From positions 32,001 to 96,000 of the forward strand of contig CAXXMV010000004.1 of assembly GCA_963662285.2 (NCBI GenBank): 64,000 nt of DNA. Direction: 5' to 3'. The stretch is from a bacterium. Its GTDB lineage: Bacteria > Hinthialibacterota > Hinthialibacteria > Hinthialibacterales > Hinthialibacteraceae. The notes beneath the pieces were generated by a model, which saw nothing but the letters and a program-made list of their open reading frames with translations, was not told the DNA's origin and made no database searches. Of the stretch, positions 42,064-51,954 are shown piece after piece. Each line of letters opens with the position of its first letter. Within the stretch, counting starts at the first letter, position 1. Both the position numbers and the translations under genes were made by a program.

Positions 42064-42219
42064 GTAGGAAGCGATTTTACACGATGATGGTTAAAAATCG
42101 TAAATGATTAAAAGATAAAAAGACTTGTAAATCAAGAGAAGGGTGGATTATACTAATAGAGAACTTTATTGATCACCGTGCAAAGCATAAACATTTCACC
42201 TACCCTTGGAGAAGAAATA

Positions 42220-42474
42220 ATGGGAATGGTTAAAAAAAACATATCAGTAACAGACCAACAAGATGGCTGGATAAAGGCGCAGATTGAAACCGGAAAATAC
42301 GGCAATGAGAGCGAATTTTTCCGTGATCTTATTCGCGACTGTATCAGCCGCGATGCTGAAATAAAGTCAATTAACGCCGCGCTAGTCGAAGGCGAGCAAA
42401 GCGGCGTTAGTAATAAGACGGTTGATGAAATATGGCATGAGGCTGAAACTCATGATGGGGCGCAAAATGCCTAG
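42220..42474 (+). CDS. parD: ParD-like antitoxin (CC2985 family, RHH)
   Basis: KNISVT, GKYGNESEFFRDLIR, LVEGEQSG; overlaps the toxin start. Confidence 0.9.
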   Translation: MGMVKKNISVTDQQDGWIKAQIETGKYGNESEFFRDLIRDCISRDAEIKSINAALVEGEQSGVSNKTVDEIWHEAETHDGAQNA

Positions 42475-42766
42475 GTATCGGCTTACGAAAAAAGCCGAAA
42501 ATGACTTATTCGAACTAGCGTTGTATGGCATTCAGCAATTTGGCGTAGAGCGATCCAGAAAGTATCGCGACCAGCTGAAGCAGCGTTTTGAAGAATTGGC
42601 GCAACAGCCAGAGCAATACCCCTTGGTTACGCATATTAGAAAGGATTATAGGCGCAGTGTGTGCGGCGTACATTCGATTTACTATCGGATAGATAACGAA
42701 GGCGTTGAAATTGTACGCGTATTAGGCCGACAAGACCTTGTGAAGGAACTTTATTCGAAAGAATAA
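42467..42766 (+). CDS. parE: ParE-family toxin
   Basis: YRLTKKAENDL...YGIQQFG...HSIYYR...IVRVLG. Confidence 0.9.
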   Translation: MPRYRLTKKAENDLFELALYGIQQFGVERSRKYRDQLKQRFEELAQQPEQYPLVTHIRKDYRRSVCGVHSIYYRIDNEGVEIVRVLGRQDLVKELYSKE

Positions 42767-42780
42767 AATTGTTGAATCAT

Positions 42781-42812
42781 AAAAAAAGCCCTGGAGTAAT
42801 CCAGGGCTTTTT
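42781..42812 (+). terminator. Bidirectional rho-independent terminator
   Basis: aaaaaaagccctgga-gtaa-tccagggcttttt. Confidence 0.88.
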
Positions 42813-42982
42813 GGTTTTGCGATGGGACACGCTTGCGCTTTGTACTACAGCATTATTTACCGCTAATTGTATTTTCCCCTTGCGCATTCATGTTGTATTT
42901 AAGAGAATAAACTGGAGTTTGAAACATGAAACTTAAACACTCTGTTTTATAAGTGTTTATTTGTTAGGAATGGATTAGCAAA

Positions 42983-43543
42983 ATGAAGTCAGAGCGGGCA
43001 TTCACCTTAATTGAATTACTTATCGTTGTGGCGATTATCGGGATTTTGGCGGCTATCGCGGTGCCGAATTTCCTGAACGCGCAAATCCGGGCCAAGGTAT
43101 CGAAAACCGAAGCGGAGATGAGTTCTTATGTAACTGCAGCGGAAATGTACCGGCTGGATAACAACGATTATCATCCGCACAACCATACTCCTTGGCAGAA
43201 TAAGTATCTGACCACGCCGATTGCTTATTTCGCTTCCGTTCCCAGAGATATTTTTGAAAAAGAGAATATCAGCAACGCCTGGACTTTGAAATATGGAGAA
43301 TATCATCTGGAACGGATTTATTATCCGGATGGCAGTCTCTGGTTGGATCCACGGCTTCGGGTGCCCAACAACCCGGCAGTTATGCAGCGGGGATTAAAAA
43401 ATAAGCCCTACGCCTATGAACTGTGGAGCGTGGGTCCTAATGGCGTACTCGATTTCAATGTGAATGGGATTGTTGGTTTCACTTTTTATATGGCGAGCAA
43501 TGGTATGACCAGCATCGGCGATCTGGTATGGATCCGACCATGA
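42983..43543 (+). CDS. Prepilin-type N-terminal cleavage/methylation protein (GspG-like pseudopilin)
   Basis: A|FTLIELLIVVAIIGILAAIAVPNF; LTTPIAY; WSVGPNG. Confidence 0.9.
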   Translation: MKSERAFTLIELLIVVAIIGILAAIAVPNFLNAQIRAKVSKTEAEMSSYVTAAEMYRLDNNDYHPHNHTPWQNKYLTTPIAYFASVPRDIFEKENISNAWTLKYGEYHLERIYYPDGSLWLDPRLRVPNNPAVMQRGLKNKPYAYELWSVGPNGVLDFNVNGIVGFTFYMASNGMTSIGDLVWIRP

Positions 43544-43589
43544 TTTAGCATGCAAACATAGAAAACCAAGGTGATTTAAGTCCCATCCC

Positions 43590-43734
43590 CGTAGGGTGGG
43601 TCGCGTTTTTTGACCCACCTAATTAATTATTATCGGTAGTAAAATGGTGGGCTACGCCGCTTCGCGGCTTTTAGCCCACCCTACTGGGTGGTTGTTATCA
43701 ACCTTCTCCTGGCCTCTCCCAGTCTTGGGAGAGG
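43590..43734. repeat. Inverted family-A REP doublet (REPIN-like) plus a family-C copy
   Basis: A(+) 43590-43619, A(-) 43646-43684, C 43696-43734. Confidence 0.8.
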
Positions 43735-43742
43735 AATACTCT

Positions 43743-45176
43743 CTAATCAGTTTTTCGTTCGATCAGTTCTCCAAGGCGTTGGCTTATGGCTAGCGCTGGA
43801 TCTAGGGGGACGTCTACTGGTTTGCAATCCGGGCTGATGGTTATGGTCGGTTTGGCGGTGATCTTCTGGCCTTCGAAGCCGGGCAGCCAGGCGCGTTGGG
43901 CTTCTAACATATCGATGCACATGTCGCGGATTTCCTTGAGGGTCAGTACGGCGCCGGTCAGGGGGTCCATAGCCACGGCGTGGACGATGTGTTCTACATC
44001 GTTATTTAAGGCCGCCTGGGCGGTGAGTATCTGTGAGTTTATATTGGTCATGCAGGCGGCGGCGCATTGCGGGGGGATGTCGCCGATGCGGGTGGGGTGC
44101 AACCCGGTGTCATCGGCGAAAGTGGGAACCTCGACGCAGCAGTCGGATGGTAGGTTGGTGATGTATCCGTTGTTGCGCACATTGCCCATGAAGCGGAACG
44201 GTTTTCCGGTGGCTACCGCTTCGATGATGTATGAACAATATTCAACGCTGCGGCGCACGATCTTGGCCGACTCTGTTTCGAGCGGGTCTTGTTCAGCGTA
44301 TTTAGCGGCCAGGGCGTTGCAGTAATTATAGTAGGCGCCGGTCTCGCCGCCAAAACTTGGTTCATCGCAATAGAGGTCGAGCGCCTTCTGGTTTTTGCGG
44401 AACCAGGGCAGGTATTCGCTGAGGTGCCCGGTGGATTCGGTCATGAAATAACCGAAATGGCGGAACACTTCGCCGCGCACTTTCTCGTTCTTGTAATATT
44501 CGGGCTTCTCGAACAGTTCGCGCAGTTCGGGGTATAGGTCGCGTCCTTGATGCGAAAGTTCGAGGAACCAATCCATGTGGTTGATGCCGCCGCAGATATA
44601 CTTAATTTCATCTTTAGGTACGGTGCAGTATTTTGCGATGAGGTCGAGGGTGGTTTGAACGCCATGACATAAGCCGACGAAGTGCGCCTTGGTAGTCAGC
44701 CCCAGCGCCAGACAATTGGCGGCCATGGGATTGGCGTATTGCAGCATGATGGCGCCCGGTTTGGCTAGTTCTTCCATATCGCGGGCGATGTCGGCCAGCA
44801 CCGGGATGGTGCGCAGTCCACGGAACACGCCGCCCGGTCCGAGCGAATCGCCGACGCATTGATCAACCCCGTATTTCATGGGAATCTCATAATCGAGCCG
44901 GAAGGCTTCGACCCCGCCGACCTGGATCATGACTACTACAAAATCGGCGTCTCTAATGGCTTCGCGTCTATCCAGGGTAGCCCAGACCGAAGCAGGCGAA
45001 CCGTTCTCTTCAATCATACGCTTGGCGAAGGCTTCCATCTTGCGCAGTTTTGGTTCAGTGCGGCTTATAAGAGCAAACTCGCTATCGGCTAAAGCGGGAG
45101 TAGCCAGAATATCGCTGATAAGGGTTTTGCAGAATATTATGCTGCCCGCTCCGATCATTGCTATTTTTTTTGACAT
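43743..45176 (-). CDS. melA: GH4 NAD-dependent alpha-galactosidase
   Basis: IGAGS, GDSLGPGG, YANPM, GLCHGVQ, GINH, TESTGHLSEY. Confidence 0.9.
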   Translation of the reverse strand: MSKKIAMIGAGSIIFCKTLISDILATPALADSEFALISRTEPKLRKMEAFAKRMIEENGSPASVWATLDRREAIRDADFVVVMIQVGGVEAFRLDYEIPMKYGVDQCVGDSLGPGGVFRGLRTIPVLADIARDMEELAKPGAIMLQYANPMAANCLALGLTTKAHFVGLCHGVQTTLDLIAKYCTVPKDEIKYICGGINHMDWFLELSHQGRDLYPELRELFEKPEYYKNEKVRGEVFRHFGYFMTESTGHLSEYLPWFRKNQKALDLYCDEPSFGGETGAYYNYCNALAAKYAEQDPLETESAKIVRRSVEYCSYIIEAVATGKPFRFMGNVRNNGYITNLPSDCCVEVPTFADDTGLHPTRIGDIPPQCAAACMTNINSQILTAQAALNNDVEHIVHAVAMDPLTGAVLTLKEIRDMCIDMLEAQRAWLPGFEGQKITAKPTITISPDCKPVDVPLDPALAISQRLGELIERKTD

Positions 45177-45472
45177 GGTATTGTCTCCCCAAAATTAATT
45201 TTAGATTATGCAGGTGGTTTTTGGTGGGCTACGCTTCGCTTTTAGCCCACCCTACCGGCTGTTCTTATAGATTATGTCGTCATAATTATTGAAGTTACGA
45301 TATAAGAGGAGTTAGGTCAACAGATATCGATTAATATTTTTGTGATTAATTGTGAACGATGTTTATTGAGACCTGTGAGATTGATTATTCACGCGCCAAT
45401 CATGTAGACAATAAAATATATGTATGTAATTATACAGTTGAAAATTATAATCTATTCAAAGAAGGAGAGGAA

Positions 45473-46321
45473 ATGATTGTTTACAAATGTTTGAAACCGT
45501 TGTTATGGTTGAGTTGTCTGCTTTTTGGATTGGTTGGAATAGGGTATTCTCAAGATTTTGGTCCGGTGGATACCAATACTTACGTAGTAAAGTTTATTGA
45601 TCCAGCCGGCCCGATGCCTGAGATTGGCGGCGATTTCGATACGGGCTGGGCGGCTAATTTAAATGATGGAACAAACTGGTTGATTTATACCGATCCCGAA
45701 AACGATCAAGATCCAGTCAATGGTCCACGATCCGATGATATGCACTTTTACGCCGGGATTGTTGATGGCGATACCCCCCGGTTATATGTCGGATTGATGG
45801 GAAACGGTTTCACGCCCGGCATCGCTGAGGGCGCGCCAACCGAAAATGATGTGGTTGGATGGTGGGGCAGCGCTCTTTATGAGTTTCTTATTTTGCAGAA
45901 TTACCCCGATGATCCACGCAACAAAATCGTTTTTGGAGCGGATGGCCATTATGCGGATTATTTGAGAAATCCCAATGAACCGCCGGAAGTCCAAAATCTA
46001 ACTAATGTGGAATTCAATGTCATTGCAGGCGACGATTTTTATGCGGTCGAGTTTGCCTTCGATTTGGACAGCATGGCTTTTATCGAACTTGACGATCCTG
46101 ACGATACGGGTATCACCTGGCTGCGCGTCATAGCAAGTATTCAAGGAAGCGGCGCTCCATTGATCGTCTGGCCGGATGGTGATTTTAACGGTAATGTGAA
46201 TTATATTACTCATGGATCAACCGGATGGGATCACATGGGTTGGTGGGATGTTACGACCGAGCGTAGTAATCCGGTCAGATTCGAAGCTGCAACGAGCGTT
46301 GATAGTTGGGAAATATTCTAA
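45473..46321 (+). CDS. Secreted acidic protein (possibly CBM9/DOMON-like) with C-terminal VxxWxxF motif
   Basis: RBS aggagagg before MIVYK; signal peptide; YAVEFAF; ends TSVDSWEIF. Confidence 0.7.
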   Translation: MIVYKCLKPLLWLSCLLFGLVGIGYSQDFGPVDTNTYVVKFIDPAGPMPEIGGDFDTGWAANLNDGTNWLIYTDPENDQDPVNGPRSDDMHFYAGIVDGDTPRLYVGLMGNGFTPGIAEGAPTENDVVGWWGSALYEFLILQNYPDDPRNKIVFGADGHYADYLRNPNEPPEVQNLTNVEFNVIAGDDFYAVEFAFDLDSMAFIELDDPDDTGITWLRVIASIQGSGAPLIVWPDGDFNGNVNYITHGSTGWDHMGWWDVTTERSNPVRFEAATSVDSWEIF

Positions 46322-46379
46322 GTAGAATTCAATCTATTGGTATGTGGTGGGCTAAGCGCTATGGAGTTTAGTCCACCAT

Positions 46380-46419
46380 ATATTAAACGATGGTACACGA
46401 TATTAAACGATGGTACACG
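46380..46419 (+). repeat. Perfect 2 x 20-bp tandem duplication between REP remnants
   Basis: atattaaacgatggtacacg repeated twice. Confidence 0.85.
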
Positions 46420-46462
46420 CTTTCGCTTTGTCCCATCATTGTTTTTGTTAGAAAATCATCTA

Positions 46463-47983
46463 TTAATAAAGACCAACTTGTTTTATTTCAGATTTACTTT
46501 CCACGATATTTATGGGGAATTCGCGGTAATTATTATTTACTGTCCAGCGGATGCGATATTCGCCCGGGGCGGCGTCTGCTTTCCAGGGGTGAATTAGGTT
46601 GCTGGCGCCTGCGGGTTTTTCGGGGTTTCCCTGGCGGATAACGGCAATGCGTTTTTTCCCTTCTTTATCATAAAGTTCAATAGTGACATTCCCCTTAATG
46701 CGCGTTTGGCTGATGAGATTGGTTTGTTTGCCTTGTATGATGAAGCCGGGCATGGCGGCGGCCATGATTAAAGATGAATCGCTGTGATAGGGAACCTTGA
46801 GTTCGGTAACAGGCAGTGAGGCGTATTGTCGATCAAAGGATGCTGGTTCAGCTATGGAGATGTTTCCCAACTGGCGGACTTTGTTGCTGAAACCGGCCAG
46901 AGCGGTCCATAATTCACCAGCCAGTTCGGGGAACTCACCACCAGGGGCTTTGGTTATGGAGGGATGACCGAGTGCATCCATTTCAACGGCGTAGTTGGAG
47001 TTACGCCACTGGGGATTTTCTGAGTCTCCATTCCACATGACTTTGAGATTGGTGTTGATAATGCGTTCGATATCGGTCTGGTCGAAGGTGATGCCGGAGT
47101 GGAAGGCTTCGGCGATCTGGCTGATCTCACCGGATTGGTAATTGCGGTAGGGATGAACATTGACCCAGTGGCGCAGTTTGTTGGGGCTTGTGTCATCAAT
47201 ATCCCAGTCGCCGAAGGGTTCCCAATAGTTCCAGACGTAGTGGTCGCGAAAAATAGACATACGGCTTTTCATGTAATTAAATATCTTGAGCGCCTTGGTG
47301 CGGTAATTTTCTTCGCCGGTTATGCGGTAAAGGCGCAGCGCCGCCAGGGCCATAGTGTTTTGCTTATTGAAGGGCAGGGTGAGACTGGACTTTCCGACGG
47401 GCAGTGCACGCCAAGCGTCGAGATTGTCGGCGGTCATATATTGATCCCAAGATACGTAAGCGCCATACGGGCCGTCTTCACGCCAGGTCTGGCGTGAATC
47501 CCATTTTTCGAGCAGATGCTTTTTGGCTAATTGGATGTAGCGCTGAGCGTCTTCGCGGTACTTGTCAGACAGGGATGCATCTTGGCTTTTCATGATCAGT
47601 TCGGCGAATTCCAACATGGGATTGATGAGAATAGCGTCGCCGACATGCACGTCGCAGATGTAGTTGCCGTCGTAAATGAAAGAACCCACCCAGCCTTTAT
47701 AGCCATCAGGCGAGGTATAAAATTTTTGAATGAGAGCATTGTAATAAGTGACGGCGGAGTCGAGGAAAGCGGCATCGGAGGTTTTGCGGTATTGATCGAC
47801 GAAACGGGACATGTCATAGGCGGCGTGCCAGCAAAGTCCTTCGCCTGTAAGGTCGCCTTCCTGCTTGAGCATAGGGGTTCTCATGCGGCTTTGCAGCAGG
47901 CGCTCCGCATCGGTTTGGCAAAAGGCGCTCGCAAGGGGTAAAACGATTAAGAGTAATAAATATTGTATGGAATTTTTGGGCAT
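46463..47983 (-). CDS. Secreted hypothetical protein (probable alpha/alpha-barrel carbohydrate-active fold)
   Basis: Signal peptide; LYRITGEENYRTKA helical-hairpin motif; Trp/Tyr-rich. Confidence 0.6.
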   Translation of the reverse strand: MPKNSIQYLLLLIVLPLASAFCQTDAERLLQSRMRTPMLKQEGDLTGEGLCWHAAYDMSRFVDQYRKTSDAAFLDSAVTYYNALIQKFYTSPDGYKGWVGSFIYDGNYICDVHVGDAILINPMLEFAELIMKSQDASLSDKYREDAQRYIQLAKKHLLEKWDSRQTWREDGPYGAYVSWDQYMTADNLDAWRALPVGKSSLTLPFNKQNTMALAALRLYRITGEENYRTKALKIFNYMKSRMSIFRDHYVWNYWEPFGDWDIDDTSPNKLRHWVNVHPYRNYQSGEISQIAEAFHSGITFDQTDIERIINTNLKVMWNGDSENPQWRNSNYAVEMDALGHPSITKAPGGEFPELAGELWTALAGFSNKVRQLGNISIAEPASFDRQYASLPVTELKVPYHSDSSLIMAAAMPGFIIQGKQTNLISQTRIKGNVTIELYDKEGKKRIAVIRQGNPEKPAGASNLIHPWKADAAPGEYRIRWTVNNNYREFPINIVESKSEIKQVGLY

Positions 47984-48116
47984 AATTTAATCTCGCTTTA
48001 TTCGGGATTGCCTATTATACCTGCTCCATTGGAATAACGCCAAGGCGCTTTAATACTTGTCCCCGAAATTGATGATGATCAAAGAGGAGTTCAACCATTT
48101 AGTTATGAGTGAACGA

Positions 48117-48151
48117 AAGAGAAGGCGGGAGGGTGTCTTCCGCCTTCTCTT
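48117..48151 (-). terminator. Terminator-like hairpin downstream of 48209-49105
   Basis: aagagaaggcgg...ccgccttctctt. Confidence 0.65.
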
Positions 48152-48208
48152 GGTTTGTATTAGAAATAAGTGGTTTTGGTGGGTTGGTGAGGCGTGACCC
48201 ACCCTACC

Positions 48209-49105
48209 TTACAGTAGGTTTTGGTATGCCAGCCATAGGCAGCGGAAGTATTTCATTATCATTACCGGGTCGGGGCTGGTGTGGTGTAGTTCTGCGAGGC
48301 AGTATCCGTCGAAGCCGGTTTCGGTCAGTCTTTTTAAGAGATGGCGGTAGGGATAATTTTCATCGCATAGGTCGCGCATGTGGATTGAGAAGATTTTGTC
48401 TTTGACCAGGTTGAAATTATAATCGAAGCCTTCGCCTTCGAGGTCCTGTCCGTTGGAGTTCCAGCATACTCCGGCGTTGGGGTGATCGGCGGCGTCCATT
48501 ATCTTTTTTATATTGGGTAATAAACAGGTTTCGCTGCCATGAACTTCCAGGCGGATCTGGATGCCGTAGTCTGCTCCGAAGGCGCCGACTTCGCGCAGCG
48601 ATTTACCGATCTGCTCCAGGGTTTTTTCGCGGGGGACGTCTTTGGGGAAGCCGTTGGGGCGGACCTTTATGCCGGTGGCGCCGACATCGTGGGCCAGGAT
48701 TATGTATTCTTTGGTATCTTCAATCTTTTTTCTTAACTCGCTCTGGTCGGCGGTGTGATAGTCGTAGGCGCTGCCGAGTCCCATTAATTCTACTGGTGAA
48801 TCCTTGAAGCGTTTTTTGACTTCAGCGCGTTGTGGTTTGGTCAGGTTCAGTTCAACTTTATGGGCGTGGGTGGCGCGTAATTCAACTCCCTGAATTTTCG
48901 CCTGGGAGCAGGTATCGATTATGGTTTCGATATCCATGTCTTTAGCGAGGTTATAGGTGACAATGCCGACTTTCATCTTTGAAGGCTTGGAAAAAACGTC
49001 GCCCTTTTTTATTTTTTGCGAGGCTTGAGCCGATGCGCCCAGCAGTCCAATGGTTCCCAGTGCGGCGCCAGTGCTCCCCAACATTTGTCTGCGATTCAGT
49101 TTCAT
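48209..49105 (-). CDS. Tat-exported sugar phosphate isomerase/epimerase (AP endonuclease 2 TIM barrel)
   Basis: NRRQML Tat motif; GVELR, LEVHG, IHMRD, GFDGYCLAE. Confidence 0.88.
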   Translation of the reverse strand: MKLNRRQMLGSTGAALGTIGLLGASAQASQKIKKGDVFSKPSKMKVGIVTYNLAKDMDIETIIDTCSQAKIQGVELRATHAHKVELNLTKPQRAEVKKRFKDSPVELMGLGSAYDYHTADQSELRKKIEDTKEYIILAHDVGATGIKVRPNGFPKDVPREKTLEQIGKSLREVGAFGADYGIQIRLEVHGSETCLLPNIKKIMDAADHPNAGVCWNSNGQDLEGEGFDYNFNLVKDKIFSIHMRDLCDENYPYRHLLKRLTETGFDGYCLAELHHTSPDPVMIMKYFRCLWLAYQNLL

Positions 49106-49147
49106 AACGTTTCTCCTTGATAATCGTCAGTTGATTGAAGCGTTTGA

Positions 49148-49236
49148 TTCCTCCCCCAAGCCTGGGGGAGGTTAGGAGGGGGTTGTTTTGTCGAAACGCA
49201 ACCCCCCTCTAACTCCCCCCAGGCTTGGGGGGAGAA
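49148..49236. repeat. Inverted family-C doublet forming a long hairpin
   Basis: cctcccccaagcctgggggaggttaggagggggttg ... caacccccctctaactccccccaggcttggggggag. Confidence 0.8.
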
Positions 49237-49380
49237 TACTATTATCAATACTTTGTATCAAGCATAGTTTTTATATTAACACTTAATCTAGCTAAACAGT
49301 TATAAATAATTATCGTTAACGTGATCTGAGATTATTCTACATGAATTATCCCTAAATAATAAAGGGATGAGTGGTGATGA

Positions 49381-50241
49381 TTATGTAACCATTTCGAAGG
49401 GAATATTGCGGATAGCTATGGGCAGGGGGGATTGTTCGAGGGAAGGGAAGGCGTTCATGATTCCGTCGAAATGAGATAAGACTTGTTGATCCAAACTATT
49501 TGATTCATTTGATGAATTGTCTAACTCAGGCATTTCGTCTGGAAGTTCCATGATTATGCTGCCTTCGCGGTATGGTTGGAAGATATAGCGCATAAAACGT
49601 TCTTTGCCTTCAATCACGCTTTTTTGCTGTAAGTTGACGGGAATTTCTAATAGAAGGTCTTCATATAAATCAGGTCTTTCATTTCTGGCGCGGCGGTATT
49701 GCAGGAGGCAGACGCCGATTTGATGCTTCCTGTCATGGTCGTAGATGTAAATTCGGCTGTCAGGATATTTTTTTAGAAACTGTTGCGCCGCGTTGGTATT
49801 AAATGCTATGGTCTTGATCCGTTCAGCGCCCAAGCGGCGGGATCGGGATAGTTTAATGAATAGCGTCCTGAGTAGTGGATAGGCGGTAATAGGAAATATA
49901 ACGAATAGCGCTAAGGGGGCTAGATATGAAAACAGCAAGTTCTGGTGGTAGGAAAAGCGCAGCAGGAAGGCGATGGCGATGTGCAGCATGAAGAGTATGG
50001 CGACGATCTGTTTGATGTCCCACATTATTGTCCGGCGTATTGTTACATCCCATATCGTGCGCCGCAGTATTGCGAAAGATAAGGCGAACCAGACCAGCGC
50101 GGCGCCTACTTCGAGAATCCAGAGATATGGCGCTAATTCATGTAGGGTTCCGGTCATTGCGAGGAGGACCAATAACATGACCAGCATGATCTCGATGAAG
50201 GTGAAGGCGTGGTTATGGGGGGATGGTTTTAGTAGGATCAT
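49381..50241 (-). CDS. Hypothetical polytopic membrane protein with prepilin-like N-terminus
   Basis: HA|FTFIEIMLV; three further hydrophobic segments; soluble C-terminal domain. Confidence 0.6.
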   Translation of the reverse strand: MILLKPSPHNHAFTFIEIMLVMLLVLLAMTGTLHELAPYLWILEVGAALVWFALSFAILRRTIWDVTIRRTIMWDIKQIVAILFMLHIAIAFLLRFSYHQNLLFSYLAPLALFVIFPITAYPLLRTLFIKLSRSRRLGAERIKTIAFNTNAAQQFLKKYPDSRIYIYDHDRKHQIGVCLLQYRRARNERPDLYEDLLLEIPVNLQQKSVIEGKERFMRYIFQPYREGSIIMELPDEMPELDNSSNESNSLDQQVLSHFDGIMNAFPSLEQSPLPIAIRNIPFEMVT

Positions 50242-50429
50242 GGTTTTTGTTTTTTGTTATTCGATGTATCTTTTTAAGTAAGAGTATTGTTATATTTCCC
50301 CTCACCCTAGCCCTCTCCCGGGGGGAGAGGGAATTTTGTTGTGCGACGTTTATTGTTTGAAATAGTATTATTATGAACTCATCTTCAAAACGAACGATGT
50401 TGTTGGTTGATAGTAACTCGGAATTGTGA

Positions 50430-51776
50430 TTAAGCACGGATATCAAGCCCGCGGGCGTTGATGGTTTTTTGATTATCATGAATTGGCTGTAGGGTCCGGG
50501 GGACTTCGCCGACATTCACTCCGATTGATTTGATATCGAATCCCTTGTCCTGCAATGACGATTTTAGCTCATCCAGGGCTGACTGGATGAATTGCTGAAC
50601 CTCTGGATTGGTTACTACAATGTTAAGCGATATACGGGGATGATCCCATTGCATGGAGATGTGCATAGGGCCGAGGTTGGATAGATCAAGCCGTAAATCT
50701 ATGGCGCCGTTTTTTTTCTTTTTATCCCTGGGAGTGTAGCGTAGTTCAAGTTGGCGCTCTTCTTTATTATCCATATATGGAATCTGGACGAAAACGGGGA
50801 ATGCAGTTTCGCCGCTTTGCGGCGGAAGGTTGTGCATGGCTTGGGCGATTAGCGACTCGTGCAGAGTTTTAACATCTTGAAACAGGCTGGCGAATGCCGC
50901 TGCGTGGGGTGATAGATCGAAGAGCGGTTGCAGGGTTAGCAATAGCGAGAGCAGTTGTACGATGGATTCGCCGAAGGTTGTGATATCCATGCCTGGATTC
51001 TGCAAAAGAAGGGCTTCGGGAGAAGCCAGAGCGGCGCGGAGAAAATCTTCCAGTTCTTTTTCCTGCTCAGGATCAGTTTGATCGTGCATGGGAAGCATGG
51101 TCTGCCGCATGGCGCTATGAACTTCTCTAAGCCGCCGGCGTTGAGATGCATCCAGAATGGCGTCGCCTTCATCATCAGAATCGGCATCCAATTTTTTTTC
51201 CAGAGTTTTTAGTTTAGTTAGAACGTTGTTGGTGGTTGTAGCGATTTCCGGTTTGGGCGCGAACATGTGGGTTAACATGGCAACGATGGGGGGGCTGGTG
51301 GCAATACCCCGGCTGAACAGAAATGATAAGGCCGCAATGTTGCCGCCCGACAGTTGAGGTAAGAGATTAGCCAGGTCTTTTAAGGCGGTTTGATCCAGAG
51401 GGATTCCGGCTTGCAGGAATGCTTGAGCGAGTATCTGGGTATTGGAACCGCTGACGCCCAGGTTGGCCAGAACGGCGCCCAGGGAGCGTGAAGCCGCTGT
51501 GGATGCGGCGGATGTAGATGGATCAGCCGAACGCCCTTGTTGTTCAAGAACCAGCTTGCCATCGACCAGCCGGGCCAGCACGGCGTCACCGGATTTCAGG
51601 TTGGCGCCTTGCATATCCAGGGTGAAAGAGCGGCCCTGGATCAGCAGCGCCATCTTACCACCGGTTGATTGGGCGAGAGTCCCCTGTTGCGGACCTTGCT
51701 TTAACAGAGCGGACAGCCCTGAATTGAGGGCCTGCTGAGTAATGATCTGCGCTTGTGATGCGATTGGATCAACCAT
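50430..51776 (-). CDS. fliK: Flagellar hook-length control protein FliK-like
   Basis: C-terminal FliK domain (LDLSNLGPM...LDELKSSLQDKGF) and terminal GLDIRA. Confidence 0.75.
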   Translation of the reverse strand: MVDPIASQAQIITQQALNSGLSALLKQGPQQGTLAQSTGGKMALLIQGRSFTLDMQGANLKSGDAVLARLVDGKLVLEQQGRSADPSTSAASTAASRSLGAVLANLGVSGSNTQILAQAFLQAGIPLDQTALKDLANLLPQLSGGNIAALSFLFSRGIATSPPIVAMLTHMFAPKPEIATTTNNVLTKLKTLEKKLDADSDDEGDAILDASQRRRLREVHSAMRQTMLPMHDQTDPEQEKELEDFLRAALASPEALLLQNPGMDITTFGESIVQLLSLLLTLQPLFDLSPHAAAFASLFQDVKTLHESLIAQAMHNLPPQSGETAFPVFVQIPYMDNKEERQLELRYTPRDKKKKNGAIDLRLDLSNLGPMHISMQWDHPRISLNIVVTNPEVQQFIQSALDELKSSLQDKGFDIKSIGVNVGEVPRTLQPIHDNQKTINARGLDIRA

Positions 51777-51892
51777 GATTTTAGTGACTCTCAGAAAACT
51801 CGGCGTTATAAACAGTTATTCTTTTATAATCCTCAGTCATTATCGTTATGACCATATTATATTGTCGGACGGAATTTGGCGATGTTAACCGC

Positions 51893-51931
51893 AAAAAAAA
51901 AGTCCCCTTGAGCAAAACTCAGGGGGACTTT
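51893..51931 (-). terminator. Rho-independent terminator
   Basis: A-run followed by agtccccttgag-caaaa-ctcagggggact. Confidence 0.85.
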
Positions 51932-51954
51932 GGATTATTCTGGTATGGATTGGC

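Noticed and set aside
51777-51890. Sigma-28 promoter upstream of fliK
   Set aside because: Only weak matches (TTAA-N15-TCCGACAA); not distinguishable from chance
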